From positions 30,938,001 to 31,002,000 of the forward strand of contig OZ024745.1 of assembly GCA_964016885.1 (NCBI GenBank): 64,000 nt of DNA, given 5' to 3'. Below are positions 55,024 to 64,000 of the stretch, in pieces. The stretch is from Eledone cirrhosa. Taxonomy: Eukaryota. The notes below the pieces were generated by a model. It did no database searches. It was not told where the DNA came from and was given only the letters and a program-made list of their open reading frames with translations. Both the position numbers and the translations under genes were made by a program. Within the stretch, counting starts at the first letter, position 1. Each line of letters opens with the position of its first letter.

Positions 55024-55910
55024 AATACGATGGCGTGGAGAGGGGGTGACTTAATTATAGTGATCGACTGTTGTTACAGTTATTGTCTACGTTTGGATTC
55101 CCACATTTTCAAATTTCAAATCAAATCAACGAAGAAATTCAATAAATCATTGATCTGAATCTGTGTTAAAATAATTCGAAACTAGAAGAGAAGGATGTGT
55201 CTTATTGCCGACGATACGCTATATCCCTAGTTTAAGATGCACACACACAACACACACATATACACACACATACACACACACAAACACACTACACATACAC
55301 ACACACATACACACAAACACACAAACACATATACACACACACACACAAACACACATTCACACATACACATAAAACACAAACACTCATACAAAGCCACACA
55401 CATACATACACACATATATATACATACACAAAAAATACACACTCATACACACACACAAATAGTTATGCAGATATGAATTCTTACATAAGTAGCTCCATGA
55501 ATACTTACTTCCATATGTACACATGCCATATTGTCTACGATTATACTGGTATCTATATAAGTGGATAACTTCCAATGCCTCATCTCACTTAATTAAGAAT
55601 AAGAGCCATGTGAAAATAAATGTCCCTGGTATAAGTTACTGAATCAGTGTATCTGGCTGTTAGCTAACATGTCTTCGGTTCACATCCTATCCATGACTGA
55701 CTGTGGTATTCAATAGCCAGAAACCTAAATTTTTAATGATTTAAAATAAATGTTCTCGGTCGTCTGAAGTATTGCTCTTAGCTATGGTCTTTCCATCGTG
55801 TGAAGTTCTTCCTTCCATTAAATTGGAAATATGTCCTACACCACGTAGATTCCCTACACTCTGCCGCTGAACTATATGAAGGCTTGAGTTTGATTTAGCG
55901 AGTGAGATAA

Positions 55911-56113
55911 TACGAGGGTCGACTAAAAGGTTCATAGGATGACCAAGATACTCTCATGGAATGATCAAATGAGGTTTATTTTTCAATATAGTCCCTAGAA
56001 AGAAACAATGTAGTTATTAATAAGAAGGGTTAAAATTAATGCATGCAAGATTTCACAGCGCTAGCATCACTCTTTTCATAGTCAGCCTATGAACTTTTCA
56101 GTAGACCTTCGTA
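55911..56113. mobile_element. Mariner-type MITE
   Basis: TACGAGGGTCGACTAAAAGGTTCATAGG...CCTATGAACTTTTCAGTAGACCTTCGTA. Confidence 0.78.
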
Positions 56114-57015
56114 TATTTCGTACGATCTGCGAGAAACAGCAGTCAAATCTTCTTCAAATTTAATATTGGACAATCACATTCTATATAACCCTAATATAGG
56201 ACAGTCCCATTCTATATAACCCTAATATTGGACAGTCCCATTCTATATACCATGCGATCACTCTGTTCTATAAAAAGAACAGAGTGATCGCAGCTGGAAT
56301 GATTTTGATGAAGGGCCTGCTCAATCAGAATTGACTTGAAGTTAAACAACAATAAATACACTACATAACTAACGAATGATTCGCTAGCCCTCGAAACTAA
56401 GTTCAAATCTTTTCTCATGAGTTGAACTTAAACCTAAACCAGGTTGGAAGCTGCTAAACTGATTTGATTTCAAATTACAATGTTTAGACAAAATCTTCAG
56501 TTATCCCAATGGTCCACTTTCTTAAAGCGTCTCTACAACTGGATACAACAAAATTACAGCTTATGGAATCTGTTACACGTTAATGAATAATCAAACTATC
56601 ATGTCAACTATAATTCAACGTTACTCTGCGGAAATGATGTGGGGGGGGGGGGGGGTTTTCATATTTACAGTTTATAAATACTAGACGAAAAACGAAGATA
56701 AGAGGATAACATGTTTACTAAGCAGTTAAACAAAACAAGAATTAAAGGCGACGTTTGTGATTTAACGCTGAATTTGGGAATAAAATTAACCAAATGTGAC
56801 ATTTGATGGTATTTTAAATGTTTAACACACGCGCACACACACAAACACACATACACACACATACAAACAAACAAATAGTTATCCAGACATGAATGCATGC
56901 ATAAATAGTTACATGAATACTTACTTCCATATGTACACATGCCATTTTGTCTACGATTATACTGCTATATCTATCTATATAAGTGGATATATTAAAAAAA
57001 ATTCTTTCTCTCTCT

Positions 57016-57136
<121 letters not shown>

Positions 57137-57172
57137 ATATATACATATTTATATATACATATATATATACAT

Positions 57173-57222
<50 letters not shown>

Positions 57223-57277
57223 AATTGTATATATATATATACATATGTATATATACATATATATATACATACACACA

Positions 57278-57357
<80 letters not shown>

Positions 57358-57452
57358 TGTGGGTATTTGTATATGTATATATGTATATATACATATTTAT
57401 ATATATATATATATATATATACATACACACATATATATATATATATACATAA

Positions 57453-57502
<50 letters not shown>

Positions 57503-57832
57503 ATATATCTATATATATATATATATACTTGTGTGTGCGTGCGGTCTGCGTGTGTCTAGAAGAGATATCTTTATTTTGGGAGGTGTTATAATTCATACTG
57601 GCTGTTGAGCATATATATATATATATATATATACAAGTATATGTGTGTGTGTATATATATATGTGCATATATATATATGTGTGTGTGTATATATGTGCAT
57701 ATATATATTATATATATTATATATATATGTATATAGCTAACAGCTGTTCTGACATTTTCCTTTATCTTTCTTTATTTTCCTGTATTATTCATATGTCTAT
57801 TTTGTCATTTTGTCACTTGAGATATGTATACG

Positions 57833-57883
<51 letters not shown>

Positions 57884-57918
57884 ATATATCTACAATATAT
57901 GCATACATATATGGGCAC

Positions 57919-58378
<460 letters not shown>

Positions 58379-59073
58379 GTTGGGTGGTTTAATTAATGAG
58401 TTGATATAGTCATTCCGAATAGGAGACCGGGATTCAATAAACAAAAGCACTCAATGTTATCCATCGTATACGGTGTTTCGAGGCTGGTGCAGGAACGGTG
58501 TTAAATACTTCAATTGAAAGGAAGGCCAAATTCCAAATATTCTTTTAATGTTGCAAAATCACGATACGTATTTATTTGGTCGACAGCCCCACGTCATCAG
58601 GTCATGGTGTAAGACATATGGCAACGTTCTCATATCAATTCCCATAAAAGATTTAAAGGTTGAATAATCAAGTATGGATTACGGCAACGTATAAACAAAT
58701 AATTGATGCAGAGGCGGTTCCTCACTCAGTGCGACATCAGTGACAGTAAGGTATGTTTATAGATTGATTTATTTATTTTGCTCTCCAATAATTTTTTCTA
58801 CTTTTGGCACAAACCCAGAAATTACCCAGTATATTACTGGTACTTTATTTTATCGACCCCGTAAGGATGAAAGGCAAAGTTAAACTCGGCGGGATTTGAA
58901 CTCAGACCGTAAAGAGGCGTCACTCTATTCTGCAAAGCATGGCGTCCGATGCTCTACCGATACTGCCAATCCAATATTTGTTAATTACTGATTTCTCGAC
59001 ACGATGTATTTGGTTTATTGGTTTGGATGGTTTTTCTAAGTCAATCAAGGTCGGGGAGCAGTGGCCAGGATCA

Positions 59074-59705
59074 TGGTATATCGCCTGAGACTGATGATAT
59101 CGATGTGGTATATCCTCCAATGTTGGTGATAGTGATGTGGTATATCGTTCCAGATTGGTGATATCGATGTGGTATATCTGAAATGATATACCACATCAAT
59201 ATCACATATCTGAGACGATATACCACATCACTATCATCAATTTGGGACGATATACCACATCAATATCACATATCTGAGACAATATACCACATCAATATCA
59301 TCATCTGAGACGATATACCACATCAATATCATCAATTTGGGACGATATACCACATCAATATCACATATCTCAGACGATATACCACATCAATATCACATAT
59401 CTGAGACGATATACCACATCAATATCATCAGTCTGAGACGATATACCACATCAATATTACATATCTGAGACGATATACCACATCAATATCATCAGTCTGA
59501 GACGATATACCACATCAATATCATCAGTCTGAGACGATATACCACATCAATATCATCAATTTGGGACGATATACCACATCAATATCACATATCTCAGACG
59601 ATATACCACATCAATATCACATATCTGAGACGATATACCACATCAATACCATCAGTCTGAGACGATATACCACATCAATATCACATACCTGGGACGAAAT
59701 ATCAC
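59074..59705. repeat. 32-bp minisatellite (~16 forward units) preceded by ~3 inverted units
   Basis: Unit GAGACGATATACCACATCAATATC(ACATATCT/ATCAGTCT). Orientation switches near 59180. Confidence 0.9.
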
Positions 59706-60396
59706 ATGTGAAAACACAGTGGCTGGTTAGTTTGAAACAATTCTACATTTCTGTTTTATCAGCAAGGCTTTTTGTGCCGGTTCTTTATGGCCCCAGTTGA
59801 AACCCCGCAAGTTACTACAGTATTTAGAGTCCTAAATCCTCAAGTCAGAGAATGTAAAATTGTTGGTCCTATATAATTGCAACCAGTTGGAGAAACATTT
59901 AATGCCAATATTTGAAACCAATTTTTCACCTCTTTTTTTCAAATATAGATGCGTATCTAATTCTTCTTCACTCCCGCGGGATAGACTTAGACCTTTCAAG
60001 CCTTCCCAATAGTTCAGTGGAAGAGTGGAGGGAATCTACGTTGTGTAGGACATATTATGTTCAATTTAATAGAAGGAAGAACTTCACACGATGGAAAGAA
60101 TATGGCTAAGAGCAATACTTCAGACGACCGAGAACAAGTACTTTAGGTTTCTGGCTAGTAAACACAACATACAGTCACCAATAGGATGCGAACCAAAGAC
60201 ATCTTAGCTAACAGCCAGATACACTGAGTCAGTAACTTACAATTTCAGATGTATTAATTTCTAATTAACAAATTGCAAGTGTACATAAACTGAAATGACA
60301 TTCAATGATATTTTAAACTATTCAAACATTGCCTTATATAAATATCATGTGTGTGTATATGTGTGTGTGTAATATATATATATATATTACACACAT

Positions 60397-60476
<80 letters not shown>

Positions 60477-61789
60477 CCGCGTGAACATGCACACGTACAC
60501 ATACAGACACACGTGTGTGTGTGTGTGTGTGTGTAGTGAGCGAAGAGACTGGAAAAAACAAAACAAGAGAATACTTTAAAATTAGTGGATACTAGTTTAA
60601 CGCTTAGAAGTGAAAGTCGAGAAAGTCTGTCGATAATGGTTTGGGCTACACCCTGCATGGTATAAAGGAAGGGGGAATGTAGAAAATAATAAACGAAAGC
60701 TGAGAGAGAATTGGCAACAAAGGGTGTATATTGTTACTTAGACAGTTTGTATATTGTTGCTAAGGCGGCGAATCGACAGAGTCGTTTGAAGCTTGGTTAG
60801 AATGCTTTGCAGTTTTCATTCCTGTCCTCTACTCTACGAAATACAATCTACTCAGATAATGTTCTTAACTTAATCTTATGGAATATTCCTCATATAAAGA
60901 CAATATAAAACCTGAAGGGGCCCGAGTCAACATCCACCTCCATGTGGTGGTCCCTGGGGAAGCATTTGTCATAATGCTTTGCTAACGAGGTACTATGTAT
61001 GAAATATTATGTGGATTAACGATAATATATATACATACACACACGCTTACACACACACAACCACACACGTGCACACGCACACGCGCACACGCACGCACAC
61101 ACACATATATATATATATATCATAAATATTCATCTCATATTTGCTGGCCAACAAAGGCTTATCGGCAGTATCAGTAGAGCGACGGACACCATGCTTTGCG
61201 GCATATAGTTACGCCCCTTTGTGTTCTGATTTCAAATCCCATCAAGGTTTGCTTTGCCTTTTATCCTTACAGGGTCGGTAAAATAAAGCACCAACAACGC
61301 ACTGGAGTTGATTTAAACGACTTTCCCTTCCCGAATTGTTGACCTTGTGCCTAAATCAGAAACTATATTTGCTGGCCACCAGACATGCTATGGCATAAAA
61401 AAAGAAGAAAAGACCTGAAGTATTTTGAAGTACATCCCTTACCAGACGTGCATGATGTTGCTTAACCCTTTAGCATTCACATTACTCTATATATACTATT
61501 ATATGTTCATGCTAAAGGCTTTACCTCGCATAATTATCTCACATAATATCGAATCTATGAGATTTTGAAAGTATTTATTTTGAGAACAATACCTTAACAT
61601 CAGTTTGAGTGACCAGTTACAGCCAGTTTCAACAGAAATAAGTAGAGAATTCTGGTCAGTTTTGGCCAGTTTGAACATTAAAGGGTTAAAGACACATTTA
61701 ACTAACTCTTTCACTATCACTCGGTATGATATGGAATGGATCTCCATCGATTTCGACGATGAGTGTTCCATCAACAGATGAGTGTTCGA

Positions 61790-62062
61790 TCAACAGAACA
61801 GCCTTCTCATAAAATTAAAGTGCACGTGGCTGAGTATTCCATAGATACATATACCTTTATTGTAATTCTCAGAGAGATTCAACATGACAGTGTGCGGCAT
61901 GGCTAACTCTTTGAATTATAGATACGGTCCATCCGACGGGCTTCCAAACAGTTTCCGTCTACCTAATTTAACTCACAATGATACTTGCTCAAGATGCCAC
62001 GTAGTCGGATCGAACCTCGCAACTGAATGATTGTGGAGTAAACCACTTTACCATTTGGCCAT
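61790..62062 (-). mobile_element. tRNA-derived SINE remnant
   Basis: GATCGAACC B-box complement and CTTGCTCAAG motif. Homologous to 10400-10610. Confidence 0.55.
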
Positions 62063-64000
62063 ACAGCGTCCATTCGATATGATATGAATGGGAAGGATAT
62101 TGAAATAACATTAATGTTCACAGGTGAGCACCACGTCCGGTGAACTTAGTCACCTCTCCGATTTTAACTATTTACAACAACCCACCCACTCACCTTTATC
62201 GTTTTAACTCTTACTAACTCCCACCCCCACTTAATTATAACCATGAGCCGTTTGAAATGTATCATCCATGCTTTCCAGCGATGAGATCATCAAAGCTTAC
62301 AAGCACCACATGAATTTATGTTTTTATACCCACCGTTTTCCAGATGGATGTGGTGTTATATTATTTGTAGTATGAAACTATAAGAGAAAACAAATCAATG
62401 TTTGTTTTCTAAAAGCACCATCCCTTAGATTTAATCATTTATTTTTCGGGAAGTCGACACTAAAGCTCATTCTGTTCGGCATATGGTAACCTTTTCTTAA
62501 ACCCTGTCAAATGCTAGTGTTTGTAGTAAAAACTAAAGTGTATCCAAATTATCTCTGTTTTTCTTCACGTGTTTTTGTTTAGCTAACATCTCTGATATTT
62601 CCTCCCGAGAAAGTCTCCGCAGTCTTCTAGAGTGACATCCGATATTCTCATGTCAAACAAAAACTGAAATGTCTTTATATATATATATATATACGCATCA
62701 CCTTTGTGTGTTTTAATCAAGTGATGCACACAAAAGATATGATAATTAAGTTAACATTTAAAACAGCGTATACACGTGGAGGTATGAAGCTGCCTCTCTA
62801 TCGGGCCGAAAACAAGAAAGATCAAGGCGGGTGTTCGACTCTTCTAGATTGACTTGTCCTTAAATTACTACCTGAAAAAGAAGGTATATTTTTCTTCAAA
62901 TATAAGAAGAGTAGAAGTTAGAGCTCGTGGCTAGATCAGATCTACAATTAATAAATTAAAATCACTATCGTTAAAGTTTTTAAAATATGCGATGAGCATC
63001 AGAAATATACAGAGTTATTGCATGTTTGTGTTGTGGAGAAGATAATTCTCATAACAGCGAGTCTTCAAATGGCAAATAAAGGAACGCTTTTCAGATATGA
63101 AGATTAGCTGCAAATATATTGAATAAGCGGTCCTGGATCAAGGCATAATACCAAGGCATATTACCTGGCAGCCACCCTTGCAAGATTAGGCAAAGATCCA
63201 TTTGGGAAGCAGGAATGATGATTGTGCTGAAAAATGAACACCAATGAACATTTGCCTCGGTTTTCAATGCTTGTTTCGCCTAGCGGCAAAACCGAACATT
63301 AGGTCAACAGTAGGGGAACTAAGCCTCCATCAGTGGGTCACTGCGTCTGTGAGAGTCCTGGAAAGTCATCACAGTCAGTGGTGGACTGGGTCTAAAAATA
63401 CTGGTTGCCAGGAGATTAAGGAGGGCCCACCTACATATAGAATGCTATCATTTAATTTTTATAATGAATAAATAACAGTTTCGAAAAATACAAAACAGTG
63501 CAATCAAATCTTTGCGGAAATATATCTTACTTTCTCCAATAAAAATATTATGTATTTTGCGAAATCCAGAGTCTTTCAATAATGACCAGAAGTCGACTCT
63601 AAATATTACTAATATATCTCGGAAAGCCATAAGCAACACTACATCTTTTTAACTTTGATTTTGAAAGTAGGTTTATAATTATCAACTTTCATCATACGTT
63701 TGTAGCTGTCTTAGTTGGAGGAATTATAGACGGTGGTCATCCTGGTCTGAAGTTCGATCCTGGTTGAGAGTAGGGTTCCTGGTAAACTGTTTCAGTTTTT
63801 TCTATTGATTGTAAAATAAAAATTGAAAAAGGTTACATGTACTTTTTGACCAAGATTGAACCCAAGGCCAGGATCTCCACCGTCTCTAGTACCTACCACT
63901 AGGCCACAGAGACAACTACGAAAATCTTATGAAAATTCATTCTTCAGTGTTGTGGTATCGTTCATGTCTTTCTTAATGTTATTGCTCCTACTTAAAGTCG

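Noticed and set aside
58455-58610. Minus-strand CTGATGA...GAAAC with ~115-nt stem II (GGGGCTG/CAGCCTC base)
   Set aside because: Extra nucleotides after the core and weak stems I and III. Plausible PLE end but not supportable as a ribozyme.
63040-63480. GC-richer segment resembling a LINE C-terminus or an exon
   Set aside because: Multiple stops, no recognisable motif or splice-bounded frame.

Overview
Repeat-dominated, AT-rich animal genomic DNA. The SINE repertoire and microsatellite density suggest an octopod cephalopod (inference from recalled repeat families). The only host-gene sequence I can support is the last two coding exons of a + strand MAM-domain gene (5424-5537 and 14135-14371). 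The rest is (TA)n/(GT)n microsatellite, SINEs, LINE remnants (L1/Tx1-, R4-, CRE- and RTE-like), DNA-transposon MITEs (mariner-, hAT- and Merlin-like), a probable Helitron, four tandem-repeat arrays, U2 and 5S fragments, and a ~3.5-4 kb triplicated block. The most striking signal is a dense set of Penelope-like element (PLE) ends inserted in (TA)n tracts. At least seven unrelated families carry type I hammerhead ribozymes that I could fold by eye, including U3-A8 core variants and one with a ~70-nt stem II. Many insertions are fold-back palindromes in which only one arm keeps a terminal tail carrying a shared GAGTRC motif. Almost all ORFs in the supplied track are microsatellite artefacts. All family assignments come from motif recognition; no database search was run.
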